Shown here: positions 1 to 10,505 of the stretch, piece by piece
How the letters are laid out: the number at the start of each line of letters is the position of its first letter
How positions within the stretch are numbered: position 1 is the first letter of the stretch
Origin: Patescibacteria group bacterium
GTDB lineage: Bacteria; Patescibacteriota; Patescibacteriia; XYB2-FULL-38-15
DNA length: 64,000 bases
Assembly (NCBI GenBank): GCA_041653675.1
Contig: JBAZEY010000004.1
Span: forward strand, 1,105-65,104
Direction: 5' to 3'
Notes under the pieces: generated by a model
Told to the model about the DNA's origin: nothing
The model's input: the letters and a program-made list of their open reading frames with translations, nothing else
The model's database searches: none
Position numbers and translations under genes: made by a program

Positions 1-3000
1 GATGCAAGCGGCGTCGGCGGAATGGGCAAAGTCAGAGTTATTACAGGCCGCACGACCAAGATGATTTTTGTAACGGGCGTCTCTGCTGCCGCTTCTCACA
101 CCACCCGGTCCTATACCCCAATCAACTTGGACGCTTGTGATTGGGCCCGCGTTCTTATCGGCAGTGCCGAAGAATTGCATAGTCGCAACATACTGTCCGC
201 CGTAGCCGACGACGTTTATGGGTTCGGTGACGCCCGTTCCCGTAAAGCCGAAACCAGAGATACCACCGACCGTGACTCCGTTGATCAACATAGACGCCAC
301 CTCCGTAAGCGGTACGCACTTGTCGCCGGTACAATTTGTAATAGGCCAAACCTGCGGCACTGAGGGCCAATCCGATGTCGGAATACTCGGATCAATTTTA
401 TCGGTAATATTAATTGCGTTTCTTTGATCCGCTGGGTAATCGCTATCTCCGGGCAACCGATATGCACCAAGCGATTGTATTCCCGCATTTGAATCCCAGA
501 CCATGAAGCCATACGATTTAGCAAAAATCTTTTTCAAACGCTCCTTGGCTTTTGTTAGTGCTCCAGCATCTTCAATCGTAACTCTTGGCGGCGGAGCGTG
601 AAGGTCTGCGGCTATACATTCTCCGGGCATTAGGGCACCGCTACAAGTATATGCCCAACAACCATTGTCACTCTGGCATTTTAAACCTAATCTAGCTCCC
701 CCATTACAATCGCCGAGCACTATGCCGGGCGCGGGACTCTTAGAAGTCCTGCAATTATTTACCCAATCAGAGCTTAGGCCAGTAACGGGCACCGCGGTGC
801 TGGCACAGTAGCCGCCCGTGGAGCCACTGATAGCAGTACAAGTCTCTCTACTCGGGCAGGGATTGGCCGTATTGCAAAATTGATAACACTGATAACTTAC
901 GCAATTAATGTTTGTGGGGGGCGACGTCGTCGTATCGACATTGCATTCTTGCGCCGTGAAACAAGACGCAGCCGCGGGTGGGGCGGCTCCTTCCGGCTCC
1001 CCTATCCAAAGATACGGCCGAGATTCATTGCGGATTGTTCTATCCGTTTCTCTTTTTATTTCATAGCCCGAAAGACAAGTGTCCTCAGTCAATGGGTCAG
1101 TCGGGAGATTTATTGCTTTCTGGTCCGTCTTTAAACAAGTGGGAACGCGAAGATTAGTGTCAACTGGTGGGTTAGCTAGGCCAAAGGGCGTTTTCGGCGT
1201 ATTGTACGAATAATTAATTGACGGATAGAGCGCATTGGAGAAAACATAAGGAACGGAAGAAGTACGAGATGGACTGGAAAATTCCCAGACACGATCGGTC
1301 CAGGCCTTGTTTGAATCTAAACTGCTTAGATCTCTCGAAACTTGCGCCGCAACTTTGCAACCAATAAACGAATTTGCGCCGATACTCCGAGAAGGAGACG
1401 CATCCTTTTGGCAGTCGTTAAAATCATTTATACTTCTTCCCCCCGGGTGATCGCTAAGGTCATTCAAAATATAATAATCAATTTTCCCATCAGGGGCCCC
1501 CACAGGAAGTACGTCTTGGCGATTATTGATAAGACTACCAAGCGCCTCAAGATTGCAGGCCTGCCCTACGTTGGGGTTAGAAGGATCAGCATGTTTGGAA
1601 TTTTTTGGCACGCAACGAAAAGGAGCACGATTGTACATGTAACTAGTACACATACCGCCAGATTCGCATGGCGCCAAAACTACCCAATCTGTGTTTGTAT
1701 CGCAGCATTTACCTTCGTCATTGCAGAAATATCTACCATCGAACCCGCAGTCAAAAGCATTACGTGTTTCTTCCCCGGGATCTCCGTCGCATAAATCATC
1801 TGTCCCACACCCCAGCGGCCCCGCTGTGAACGCAAGATGAACTACCGACGGCCCCAGAGAAGCGCAATAATAACCATCGCTGGTTCGCAAAACCGTGTAG
1901 GATTCCGGGGCTAAACAAAAGTTGGCATTGACTATGGAAAAACCTGCTTCGGGGTAGTTATTATAAACATCCGGCGCGCCGGGGATTTGATCGATCGGAT
2001 ACCAGGTAAGACAAGCAAATTTGCTCGGATCACCATTGATGGAGGTAGCTGTGTCGCGTTCAAGACAATACCCTTGCCAGCCGATAACATCATCTTCTCG
2101 CTGATACCTAACGCAATCCGCGCCCGTGCCAAGACAATCCGTGGGAGCGTTGCATATTTGTCCGGGAGTGGAACCACCGACGCAAACATCCGGAATAGGA
2201 AGTGCCGAACTTGAACCCACCTCCGTTGAAAAATATTTAACAACCGACCCACCGCTGTAGGAAATTTTTCTATAAGAACATTCACAGGCGTCAGGATTTG
2301 TACCCGTGCAAGTTCCTCCCGCGCAGCTTCCTGCTGTTCCGTCACAATCACTATCTCCTGCACAACTATTGCCAATTTCTGTTCCTCTGACACAAACTTT
2401 GGCGCTGCAATCTTCGTTTCTCGTACACGCTCTCCCGTCCATTCCTCCGCCTTCACAAATTTTTTCTGTTTCGCAAACATTGGCTCCGGCAAAACCCGAC
2501 TTTTTGCTGGTGACGGTCCAACCGCCGGCAGAATTTCTGGTGGCTATAGTTACAGTATCCGGGAAGGGCGACGATTGCTCAGGATAAGCCCGACAAGAAG
2601 CGGTTTCTGTGTTGGTTGGGTCAAGAGATAAAATCGCGCCCGGAACAAAGGGATCGCCGCGGAAATTTGTCACGCAGAGGTGGTTGTAACACTTACCGCG
2701 ATCGCCGCAACGAGAACCGTTTATGTTACTGTCACAATAACCGAGAGAATCCGCACCACAAGAAATTTTTGTCGTTCCATCGGCGTTGAAACAACGATCT
2801 TCCACAAAAACTAAAGCGAGTTTAGAATTTTCCGGGGTGCCGATATTTATTCCGCGCAGATCGGGCGCTTGATATTGGTTATAGATGGAGTCGCCGGAAT
2901 AATCCATTCCTTTGAAAGTAGTATCGCGAGAAACATATAACTTTTTGCTCAAAATCTGGCGCGACGTTTCCGACGTAAAATTGGAGTCAGTACACTGCGC

Positions 3001-6000
3001 AGTGGCTTGGCCGACTTTGGCGTATTTATGACAAGACGAAACCGTATCGCAAAGAGTCTTTTGTCGTCCGGTTTGCGAATCAAAAGTTGAAGTCGTACCC
3101 GAACAAGTCAGCCACTCGCCGCAGACACGATCGCGACGGACCTGGACAAGACGGTTGGAATCATTGCTATTATTGGCAACAGTAATGGGCGTTCCGTCCT
3201 TTTCCAACAAAATCACATAAGGCGAATTATAACTATAGTTTGCGACATCCTGACAACCGAGAGTGGACGACTCGCCGGGGAATCGCTGCGCGCAATCGCT
3301 GTCCGCGCCGCAGAAATCGCCCCAATAATATTCATGGTTCGGTGGGCGAAGAATTTTTTCCAAGCACCTCTTACAATTTTCCCCGCCTTGGCTACAATCA
3401 ATCGGCGCGACAAGCCCGCCGGGATCACCCACCTTTTTTTCAGAACTTAAATAAGTCGCGTTGGCATTTTTGTTTAATTGCGGATTGCTTGTGTCGTTGA
3501 ACAAAACACAACCGCTTTTTTGCGAAGCCATTCCATTACAATTTCCCGAACTAATTTTGTCGTTGTTAACATAATAATAAGCCGCGCCGTACGGATCGTC
3601 GGAAGTGTCGCCCGGATCGGTAAATTTAGTGCATTGATCAGCCTGCGGAATACATTCACCCGCCCAACCGGAATACGGGCAAGAACGTTTGTTATAAGAG
3701 ACAGTGCAAGTTGTTCCAGCCTTACCCGTAGCTGTCACACCCGCCGTGCCACCGCCAACCGGAACCGGACCGCAACGACAAACACCATCGCCGTCTCCTT
3801 CCGGATCAATGCCGTCTCCCGGTTTATCTTGACAAACATAGGGCAGACTGCAATTGGCATCACCATTTTTCCAAATATTATAATATCCGCCGTTGAAGTT
3901 TGCCGGATCGCAAGGAGTAAGCGGGTCGGATGCTTTTTCTTGTTTTTTAAACCATCCGGAAACATTTTGCCCGCCAAGATTTACATTATCTTTCCATTCA
4001 CAAAGTCTATTTCCCGGATCTTTAAAATATAATTTTCCGCCGTCGGTCGTGGTATACTCTTCGCAACTCAAGAATCCAACTTGGCAGAGAATTCTGCCGG
4101 TCGGAGAATTATATAACGCCGGATCGGCCAGGAGATTTACCGTATTGTAAACCGGCTTGCCGCTATCGTCGATTTTCACATTGCCCGCGGCATCCAAGGT
4201 CGGCGAACCGAATTCAGCGCAACCTTTGTTTTGCGCGGCGCATTTATACGCATCGTTCACCACGATATAGGCAAAAGAGTCGGTTGGAATAGTAACGTTG
4301 TCAGACAATCTTTCCTCGTCCGAGAGAGACGGATCACTATCGTTTTCCGTATTAAACGTCTCCATGCTCGCCGCTATGTTGTTGTTGGTCTTTAATAATT
4401 TAGCGCAACCGGCCGCGTCGGGCGAACAAAGCCGCGAGAATGATTTTAGATAATGAAGTCCGTTCGCGCGATCATAGTAACTCGCGCAACCGAGTTGGGC
4501 TTGCGGCAAAAGCGCGGAAAGAACACATTCGTTTCGTTCACTCCACGATCCCCCGCTCGCGACACAAAAATCCAAACTGGTAATTGATGTGTTAACCGCG
4601 AAAGACCGGTCGCAGGAAGTTGGCGTCACCCAAGAATTTTTAACCACATAAATGTACGACTGAATTTCTCTCAAAATAATATTATCGAGATAAACCGGCG
4701 TCGTTCCGCCCGCCGCGGCAATTCGTAAAGTTTCGCCTCCGCCGACAACATCCCAATCAACATAAACCGGACCAAGTGAAAAATATCGCCAGTCAAAAGA
4801 AAGATTAGTTACGTTTCTTGTCGCTGAACTAAATCCCTTATCAGCGGAAGTGGCGCCCAAAAATTTAATATCCAATCTGCTATTTCCCTTGGCCCAAAAA
4901 GACAAGGTGTAAAAGCCATTTTTCCGGACCGAGGAAGCAAGATTTTTATCTATCGTCCCCGTGGCGCCGAAAGACAAAGATTTTCCGCCGACAACCAATG
5001 ATTCGGAACTTATAGTCGGTATGTCTGCTTCATCCCAACCGGTTGCCGCGCCATCGGCGGCGTCATCAAAAGTATCATTCAAAATTACCGCCGTGTTTGC
5101 TCCGGCATTTCCGCGATAAGCCCGGCATCCGACCGCTTCGTTTCCACATGATCGTGATTCGGGCAAATAAACATTATAAGCACATTCACTCTTTACCGTG
5201 TCCCATCTCCCCCCCGATGAGCCGCAATCACTGGCGCTGGAAATTGTTTTGCGGTATGGGTGGCAATCGTCAGTCGCGACGATTGTTTTGGAATATAGAC
5301 GATAATGTTTTAAACCGGCCGCGTCATAAAATTCTCGGCAGTCAGGATTAGTTAAAGTATCAGCTTTAGTACAAAGGCCAACCAAAGAAAGTCCATCGCA
5401 AGTTAAGCCGTCGGGCATAAGAGCCGTACATGGAGGAACACCGCCGTCCGGAGAAACGCCGTTACCCGGATCGCTGTCCGAAACCGGAGCGCTAACTACG
5501 TTACTCATTTTCAAATTCCAAGTTTTTAACTGATATCCAGTCGTATCAGATCCCTCCCAAGTATAGAAAGACTTCGAAGTCGCGCCTGGTTTTTCGCAAC
5601 GGCGGACATAATTGAAATTTGCCACGGCTTCATTTTCCAAACTCGTGAATTGATCGCAGCCAACATCCGCGGCGCTGCAAGTTCGCCCGGTCGCAGGAAT
5701 AAAATATACCGGAAATTTATCTTGTTCAAAATCAGTTTCAACTTGTTTAAAAGTCTGATAGCCAACGCACTCGGCCGGACAATAATCATCAGGATAATTA
5801 GCTACGCCTGGCACTGACGGATCACCATTTGTCGGTCGGTATTCATCGCAGCCCACGTCTTTTTCTTCGCAAGCCCTGGCAAAATTTCCGCATTGCTCGG
5901 CATCGTTTGTTTTATTCAATGCGCCGGAGGCGGTGTAGTCATAGCAAGAATAGTAATCCGGCGCGGTTTTTAGATAAAGCGCTTCGCCCGTTCTTCCCCA

Positions 6001-8409
6001 ACCTTCGTGATATTGCGAGGAAAAAGTTCCTTCTTCAAGCTGCACTGCGTCAATCAGACATTCGGGAGAGGCATTTCTTATTAAAACTTCGATTGTCGTG
6101 CTCGCGTCGCCCGACGGGAAGGTATGGATCGGGCCGTTAATTCTTCTGTACGATGTTGAATTCTCAAAATTCCCGCCAAGAACCGAAACTCCACCAAAAG
6201 TAAAATAATCCGTTGCCGCTTCTTCTCCGCAATTTTTTGCGTATAAACTTAAAGTAAAAGTCCGGTCGCCCCGCGGCGAATCAAGATTTACCACTTGCCT
6301 TACAGTCCCCGCCAAATTCAACGCCTTTTGTCCAAAATAAGTGTCCGAAGAGGAGGAAGCGGTACCACTCGTGGTTGACCATCCGGAAATAACGGGGGGT
6401 GTCCCGGAAACATTTTCAAAACTGCTGTTATTAACTAAATTTAATTTTGTATCTGAGGTTGTTCGTAAAAACTCATTACAGCCAGGCTCATCGCACTGAG
6501 TAATATTTTTATTAAAGAAAATTCTGTCGCTGCGGCGGGCGGCGGTTCCCGAACCCGTGAGAGTATCCTGCCACTGCCAGATATCCCCCACTTTTAATTG
6601 CCGATCCGAATACCAACGGCAACCGATATCGTCGGCGTTGCAAGGCGGACCATAATCAACAGTGTTCGTAACGTAAGCTACGTTTTGTCCATCGCTTTTT
6701 CTTAAAAGTTTACAAGTATCATATTGCGCGTCGCACTTATCACCGTCCAGCCGCCAAATATTTTTTTCTCTTGTGCAATAACCCCAGCCGCCTTCGCAAT
6801 TTCCCTGATCATCTTCGGCAATACAAGTCGGTGAATCAACGCAGGTTTCCTGGCGGAAACTATTTTCCGTGGTTTGAAGTAATGGACCATAAACCCGCGC
6901 CCGGCATTGTTCGGCCGGCGCTTTCAAAATCCAGTCTGGATCGATTAAATGACAATATTTGTGTTCCGCATCAGCCTCACCCGCGGCATTACAATCGTGA
7001 AAACGATCAACTACTTCTTTTAAACTCACTGGCTCGAGAGATGTCTGACTTTGCGCGGCGATTTCCCAACCAATGGAAATGATTCTCGCTTTTCTAAGTT
7101 TTACCAAATTACTGTAACAATAGCCGTAAGTATAACAATTTGGATCCTGATTTTTTGCCAAATTGGAAGGAGGAAAAAGCGGCCATTTGCCGTTCAAGTA
7201 CTCTTGTTCAATCGCCTCACCCACGGTAAGCGCCGCGCCGGTTTGCGCTTGCCGCACCCCGGCTTCAAATTTTCCATCCATCACGCAATTATTTGTTCCT
7301 TTAAATTTTTCGGGACAAACTATAAAATCCGACAAAATATCATAAGCGCCGCCTTCTTTAATTTGCGGCACGAGTAAATCGGCAAAAGCAAGTTCCGCCG
7401 CGCGACGTCCGCCCCAAGCTGTTCCCTCTGCCGAAGTCGCGTCGTCCCCTTCCGGGAAAAGATCTGCTAGGGAATACATGCCCTTGCTAAAAATATTCTC
7501 CATTGTTTTTGAAAGCAGCGTGCTAACAAAAGTAGAAACCATCATTGAGAGTATTCCTTGCGCTCCGGCAGAAAGCGCTTGACCGGACAAACTCCATTTT
7601 AAATTTTCCGCTTGAACCGGACCTTCTGTTTGTATTTGCGAAGTCTGACGAATAACCTCCGACGGAGTTTTAACTTTTCCACTGATTAATTCTGACGAAG
7701 GGAAAAATCCCTGCCCCTCTTCTCGGGTTAAGGCCGCTGTTTCCGAAGCGCTCTTTTCCACGCCAAATGCCCCAACGTATGCGCTCATGGCCAAATCAAG
7801 ATCTGTGCCCGCGCCATAGCCAATTTGGAATTGCGAAGCCGCTTCTCTTAAAAAATCTTCTGTCTGCACTTCAGCAATAAATGATTCCCAGTTTGAACGA
7901 ATTGATGACCATTCGCAAGTCGGCGGCGGCAATCCATCGGCATAAGTTTGAGCTAGTTGCAGCTGGAGAGCGAGCCCCAATCTCGGGTTTGGCGGGGCGC
8001 AAAAATTAACGCCAACCATATCGCCAAAACTTCCGATAAATTCACCTGCCGCGTCCAGAGCGGCGCTCTCTAAATAATCCCCCCACCCTTCCGTGGAGAA
8101 AAGCGGCATTTGTCCGTTTCCGCCAGAAGCCAAACTCACAGCTAAATCATAAGAAATTTTTTGCATGAAACGCGAAGCAGCATTAATCAAAGCCATCGTT
8201 CCGGCATTAACTACCAAAACTTTCAAAAAATCTTTTATATTTTTAATCGTTGTCTGAGTACTGGTTATTGGATCGGAAACAACCAGCTGCGCTTCGGCCG
8301 GATGGGCATAAAAAAAGACGCCGCTTAAAACCTGCGTCAAAATAAAAAATACTAAAACTGTGCTGACAGTCCATCTTCTCACTTTATGATTTTTTTGGAT
8401 AAGAGACAT
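1..8409 (-). CDS. Giant secreted Cys-rich surface protein (>2803 aa, runs off the left edge) with two CBM4/9-like modules; not in the ORF track
   Basis: ATG at 8409, then MSLIQKNHKVRRWTVSTVLVFFILTQVLSGVFFYAHPAEA-Q (signal peptide with AxA site). Spot translations at about 7300, 6000, 5100, 4200, 3600, 2300 and 1-60 are open in the same frame, and the track lists no minus ORF ending in this frame. Motifs NLVNNSSFE...IDAVQLEEG and YTLSFWAKG...YLDNI; repeated C-x6-C-x2-Y/F. Confidence 0.9.
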   Translation of the reverse strand, partial: MSLIQKNHKVRRWTVSTVLVFFILTQVLSGVFFYAHPAEAQLVVSDPITSTQTTIKNIKDFLKVLVVNAGTMALINAASRFMQKISYDLAVSLASGGNGQMPLFSTEGWGDYLESAALDAAGEFIGSFGDMVGVNFCAPPNPRLGLALQLQLAQTYADGLPPPTCEWSSIRSNWESFIAEVQTEDFLREAASQFQIGYGAGTDLDLAMSAYVGAFGVEKSASETAALTREEGQGFFPSSELISGKVKTPSEVIRQTSQIQTEGPVQAENLKWSLSGQALSAGAQGILSMMVSTFVSTLLSKTMENIFSKGMYSLADLFPEGDDATSAEGTAWGGRRAAELAFADLLVPQIKEGGAYDILSDFIVCPEKFKGTNNCVMDGKFEAGVRQAQTGAALTVGEAIEQEYLNGKWPLFPPSNLAKNQDPNCYTYGYCYSNLVKLRKARIISIGWEIAAQSQTSLEPVSLKEVVDRFHDCNAAGEADAEHKYCHLIDPDWILKAPAEQCRARVYGPLLQTTENSFRQETCVDSPTCIAEDDQGNCEGGWGYCTREKNIWRLDGDKCDAQYDTCKLLRKSDGQNVAYVTNTVDYGPPCNADDIGCRWYSDRQLKVGDIWQWQDTLTGSGTAARRSDRIFFNKNITQCDEPGCNEFLRTTSDTKLNLVNNSSFENVSGTPPVISGWSTTSGTASSSSDTYFGQKALNLAGTVRQVVNLDSPRGDRTFTLSLYAKNCGEEAATDYFTFGGVSVLGGNFENSTSYRRINGPIHTFPSGDASTTIEVLIRNASPECLIDAVQLEEGTFSSQYHEGWGRTGEALYLKTAPDYYSCYDYTASGALNKTNDAEQCGNFARACEEKDVGCDEYRPTNGDPSVPGVANYPDDYCPAECVGYQTFKQVETDFEQDKFPVYFIPATGRTCSAADVGCDQFTSLENEAVANFNYVRRCEKPGATSKSFYTWEGSDTTGYQLKTWNLKMSNVVSAPVSDSDPGNGVSPDGGVPPCTALMPDGLTCDGLSLVGLCTKADTLTNPDCREFYDAAGLKHYRLYSKTIVATDDCHPYRKTISSASDCGSSGGRWDTVKSECAYNVYLPESRSCGNEAVGCRAYRGNAGANTAVILNDTFDDAADGAATGWDEADIPTISSESLVVGGKSLSFGATGTIDKNLASSVRKNGFYTLSFWAKGNSRLDIKFLGATSADKGFSSATRNVTNLSFDWRYFSLGPVYVDWDVVGGGETLRIAAAGGTTPVYLDNIILREIQSYIYVVKNSWVTPTSCDRSFAVNTSITSLDFCVASGGSWSERNECVLSALLPQAQLGCASYYDRANGLHYLKSFSRLCSPDAAGCAKLLKTNNNIAASMETFNTENDSDPSLSDEERLSDNVTIPTDSFAYIVVNDAYKCAAQNKGCAEFGSPTLDAAGNVKIDDSGKPVYNTVNLLADPALYNSPTGRILCQVGFLSCEEYTTTDGGKLYFKDPGNRLCEWKDNVNLGGQNVSGWFKKQEKASDPLTPCDPANFNGGYYNIWKNGDANCSLPYVCQDKPGDGIDPEGDGDGVCRCGPVPVGGGTAGVTATGKAGTTCTVSYNKRSCPYSGWAGECIPQADQCTKFTDPGDTSDDPYGAAYYYVNNDKISSGNCNGMASQKSGCVLFNDTSNPQLNKNANATYLSSEKKVGDPGGLVAPIDCSQGGENCKRCLEKILRPPNHEYYWGDFCGADSDCAQRFPGESSTLGCQDVANYSYNSPYVILLEKDGTPITVANNSNDSNRLVQVRRDRVCGEWLTCSGTTSTFDSQTGRQKTLCDTVSSCHKYAKVGQATAQCTDSNFTSETSRQILSKKLYVSRDTTFKGMDYSGDSIYNQYQAPDLRGINIGTPENSKLALVFVEDRCFNADGTTKISCGADSLGYCDSNINGSRCGDRGKCYNHLCVTNFRGDPFVPGAILSLDPTNTETASCRAYPEQSSPFPDTVTIATRNSAGGWTVTSKKSGFAGANVCETEKICEGGGMDGRACTRNEDCSAKVCVRGTEIGNSCAGDSDCDGTAGSCAGGTCTGTNPDACECSYRKISYSGGSVVKYFSTEVGSSSALPIPDVCVGGSTPGQICNAPTDCLGTGADCVRYQREDDVIGWQGYCLERDTATSINGDPSKFACLTWYPIDQIPGAPDVYNNYPEAGFSIVNANFCLAPESYTVLRTSDGYYCASLGPSVVHLAFTAGPLGCGTDDLCDGDPGEETRNAFDCGFDGRYFCNDEGKCCDTNTDWVVLAPCESGGMCTSYMYNRAPFRCVPKNSKHADPSNPNVGQACNLEALGSLINNRQDVLPVGAPDGKIDYYILNDLSDHPGGRSINDFNDCQKDASPSRSIGANSFIGCKVAAQVSRDLSSLDSNKAWTDRVWEFSSPSRTSSVPYVFSNALYPSINYSYNTPKTPFGLANPPVDTNLRVPTCLKTDQKAINLPTDPLTEDTCLSGYEIKRETDRTIRNESRPYLWIGEPEGAAPPAAASCFTAQECNVDTTTSPPTNINCVSYQCYQFCNTANPCPSRETCTAISGSTGGYCASTAVPVTGLSSDWVNNCRTSKSPAPGIVLGDCNGGARLGLKCQSDNGCWAYTCSGALMPGECIAADLHAPPPRVTIEDAGALTKAKERLKKIFAKSYGFMVWDSNAGIQSLGAYRLPGDSDYPADQRNAINITDKIDPSIPTSDWPSVPQVWPITNCTGDKCVPLTEVASMLINGVTVGGISGFGFTGTGVTEPINVVGYGGQYVATMQFFGTADKNAGPITSVQVDWGIGPGGVRSGSRDARYKNHLGRAACNNSDFAHSADAACI

Positions 8410-8420
8410 TTCTTTGAAAA

Positions 8421-9182
8421 TTATTTTTTCACCGTCTCTTCAAAAATTTTCATCAACGTCGCGTCGTCAACGCTATTTAACGTTGATTCGCTAACTCCGG
8501 CTTGGCGTAAAATTTCTCTGAGTTGCGCCGGCGTCATTTCGTTCGCATTAACATTGGTCGGCAAGGAAGAATTTATATTGGCATTAACATTACCGCCTCC
8601 CGCCACCCCGCCGGATTCTTTTAAAGTTTCATTGTAAAGTTCCAGAAGAGTTTCGTCGTCAAGGTTTGCGAGCGTCGCTTCGTCAACTCCGGCGGTTCGA
8701 AGAGCATCCCGGACTTCTTCTGCTGTCGCCGTACCCGTCAAAAATCCCCCAAGCTCTTCTTCTACCGAAACCTCTTCCGGAATTGTCTTGGCTTTTGCCG
8801 CGCCCTCTTCTATTTTTAAACAGGTTTTCCCTGCCGTACAATTTGGATCGTTCCCTGAAGTTACTTCTTCTTTATCGGAAAAACCATCTGAGTCAGAGTC
8901 GGCTAAGTACGCACTTGTACCATAAAGATATGTCTCGTCGTAATCAGTAAACCCATCACCGTCAGTATCGGTTTCCTGCATCGTGGCTAATCTTTCCGCC
9001 TCTTCTTCAAACTGTGTTTTCCACAACCCCTTGTCTTGGCCATATTTTGCAAAAGGAGCGCGCAAATATTTTGGATATTGCCAAATCGTTCCCAAAACTA
9101 TAACCACGCTTAAAATAACCAAAATCGTCACTCCGACTCTGATTCGGCGCTCTTTTCCCGGTTCTTTTTTGATTTCTTCCAT
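8421..9182 (-). CDS. Membrane-anchored protein with thrombospondin type-3-like Ca-binding repeats
   Basis: N-terminal TM helix; DTDGDGFTDYDE and DSDSDGFSDKEEVTSGNDPN; duplicated C-terminal helical motif (AEEVRDALRTAGVDEATLANLDDETL / PAQLREILRQAGVSESTLNSVDDATL). Confidence 0.8.
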   Translation of the reverse strand: MEEIKKEPGKERRIRVGVTILVILSVVIVLGTIWQYPKYLRAPFAKYGQDKGLWKTQFEEEAERLATMQETDTDGDGFTDYDETYLYGTSAYLADSDSDGFSDKEEVTSGNDPNCTAGKTCLKIEEGAAKAKTIPEEVSVEEELGGFLTGTATAEEVRDALRTAGVDEATLANLDDETLLELYNETLKESGGVAGGGNVNANINSSLPTNVNANEMTPAQLREILRQAGVSESTLNSVDDATLMKIFEETVKK

Positions 9183-9192
9183 ACTTTAATAT

Positions 9193-9221
9193 AGTATAGC
9201 ACATCCAGTCCCATATTTAAA
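9193..9221 (-). promoter_or_regulatory. sigma70-type promoter for the TSP3-protein / giant-protein unit
   Basis: Minus strand TTTAAA-17 nt-TATACT with TG extension, 10 nt upstream of the ATG at 9182. Confidence 0.55.
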
Positions 9222-9236
9222 TAAATTTTATACACA

Positions 9237-10082
9237 TTATTCATTCAGCCCATTAGCTAGCTTTATCCAGTCGCCTAAAGTCAAGTCCTGAGCTCTAATT
9301 TTCGGATCAAAACCAAATTTTACTAAAATATCCTGTACTTCTTTATTTTTCAGGCGCAGCCCGCCGGATAAATTATTTTGCAGCTGTTTGCGCCTGGCGG
9401 AAAATCCCATTTTGGCTAAGCGAAAAAACTTTTCCGGATCAATTTCTTTTTTATTTTTTTCGTAAATATTTTTAATATCAGAAATCTTTAAAATAGCCGA
9501 ATCCACTTCTGGTTCGGGCCAAAAAGCGCGGCGCGGAACAATGGCTACAATTTCCGGCTCGCCATAAAATTGGACCGAAAGCGAGAGCAAACTCATTTCG
9601 CCGGACTCCGCACAAATTCTCTCTGCTACTTCCTTTTGCACCATTACAGTTATCTCGCTCGGCCGCGGTTCTTCACTCAAAAATTTTCTAAACACCGCCG
9701 AAGTAATTTGATATGGCAGATTAGCGACAAGTTTATAATTATAATTTGATAATCGGTAGTCGGTAATTGGTAATTTTAAAATACTGCCCTCCGCGATTTC
9801 CACGTTTTTAAAATCAGACAAAATTTCTCGCGCCGCCTCCCCCACCGCCCTATCCGCCTCCACTGCCACCACTCGCCCAACCCGCCCGGCAAGCTCCGTT
9901 GTGAGCGTGCCAAACCCCGGACCAATTTCTAAAACTATATCATTCTTTTCTAAGTCAGCTGCCTGAACCATTGTTTCCAAAACCTCGCGGTCTACTAAAA
10001 AATTTTGTCCAAATTCCTTAGATGGACGAATTCCGTATTTTTTACAAAAATTTTTTATAACATTTAAATCAGTTAAATCCAC
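9237..10082 (-). CDS. rsmA: 16S rRNA m6,2A dimethyltransferase KsgA
   Basis: FGQNFL, VLEIGPGFGTLT, VANLPYQITS, VMVQKEVAERI, FWPEPEVDSA; GTG start. Confidence 0.96.
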   Translation of the reverse strand: MDLTDLNVIKNFCKKYGIRPSKEFGQNFLVDREVLETMVQAADLEKNDIVLEIGPGFGTLTTELAGRVGRVVAVEADRAVGEAAREILSDFKNVEIAEGSILKLPITDYRLSNYNYKLVANLPYQITSAVFRKFLSEEPRPSEITVMVQKEVAERICAESGEMSLLSLSVQFYGEPEIVAIVPRRAFWPEPEVDSAILKISDIKNIYEKNKKEIDPEKFFRLAKMGFSARRKQLQNNLSGGLRLKNKEVQDILVKFGFDPKIRAQDLTLGDWIKLANGLNE

Positions 10083-10088
10083 AGAAAT

Positions 10089-10141
10089 AAATTAAAAATT
10101 AAAAATGTAAAATTAAAAATTACAATTAAAAGTTCAAAATT
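10089..10141. repeat. Heptamer tandem array (AAAATTA-type), downstream arm of an inverted repeat around the four-helix-bundle gene
   Basis: aattaaa aattaaa aatgtaa aattaaa aattac aattaaa agttcaa aatt. Confidence 0.8.
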
Positions 10142-10505
10142 ACTTCCTGCCCTTGGTACTCATAATAATAGCGGCTAGTATACGCGACAGTTCATCAGTT
10201 TCTTTTAAAAGTTTGTCAATGTTTAATTTCTGGCCGTCGCGAAATAGACCGAGCCAGTATTTTGTTTCGTTGGCTGATTTAAGGGCAATAGTTAAAAAAT
10301 TTATAAAATCTCTTCGTGAACCGGCGGCCTGAGCTTCAATAATATTCGCACCGATACTCGTGGCGCAGCGCAGAAGTTGTTTGGCCATTATTTCAACAAT
10401 CCAATCTTTTCTATCTAACTTCTTAAGAAAACACAAAATTTCTAAACTAAAAATATAGGCGCGTTTTTTAATGTCAATTTTTAATTTTTCATTGTAATTT
10501 TGCAT
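10140..10505 (-). CDS. Four helix bundle protein (23S rRNA IVS / S23 / Avd-like family), 121 aa
   Basis: QLLRCATSIGANIIEAQAAGSRRDFINFLTIALKSANETKYWL is the family signature. ATG 10505 preferred over the track start because it avoids overlap with the MFS gene. Confidence 0.9.
   Translation of the reverse strand: MQNYNEKLKIDIKKRAYIFSLEILCFLKKLDRKDWIVEIMAKQLLRCATSIGANIIEAQAAGSRRDFINFLTIALKSANETKYWLGLFRDGQKLNIDKLLKETDELSRILAAIIMSTKGRK

Noticed and set aside
22-7377. The many short ORFs in the track, including 1932..2492 (186 aa) and 3478..4032
   Set aside because: Alternate-frame or antisense shadows of the giant <1..8409 ORF; no motifs.
10140-10505. Diversity-generating retroelement suggested by an Avd-like protein
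   Set aside because: No reverse transcriptase and no TR/VR pair with adenine-specific mismatches seen in the window.
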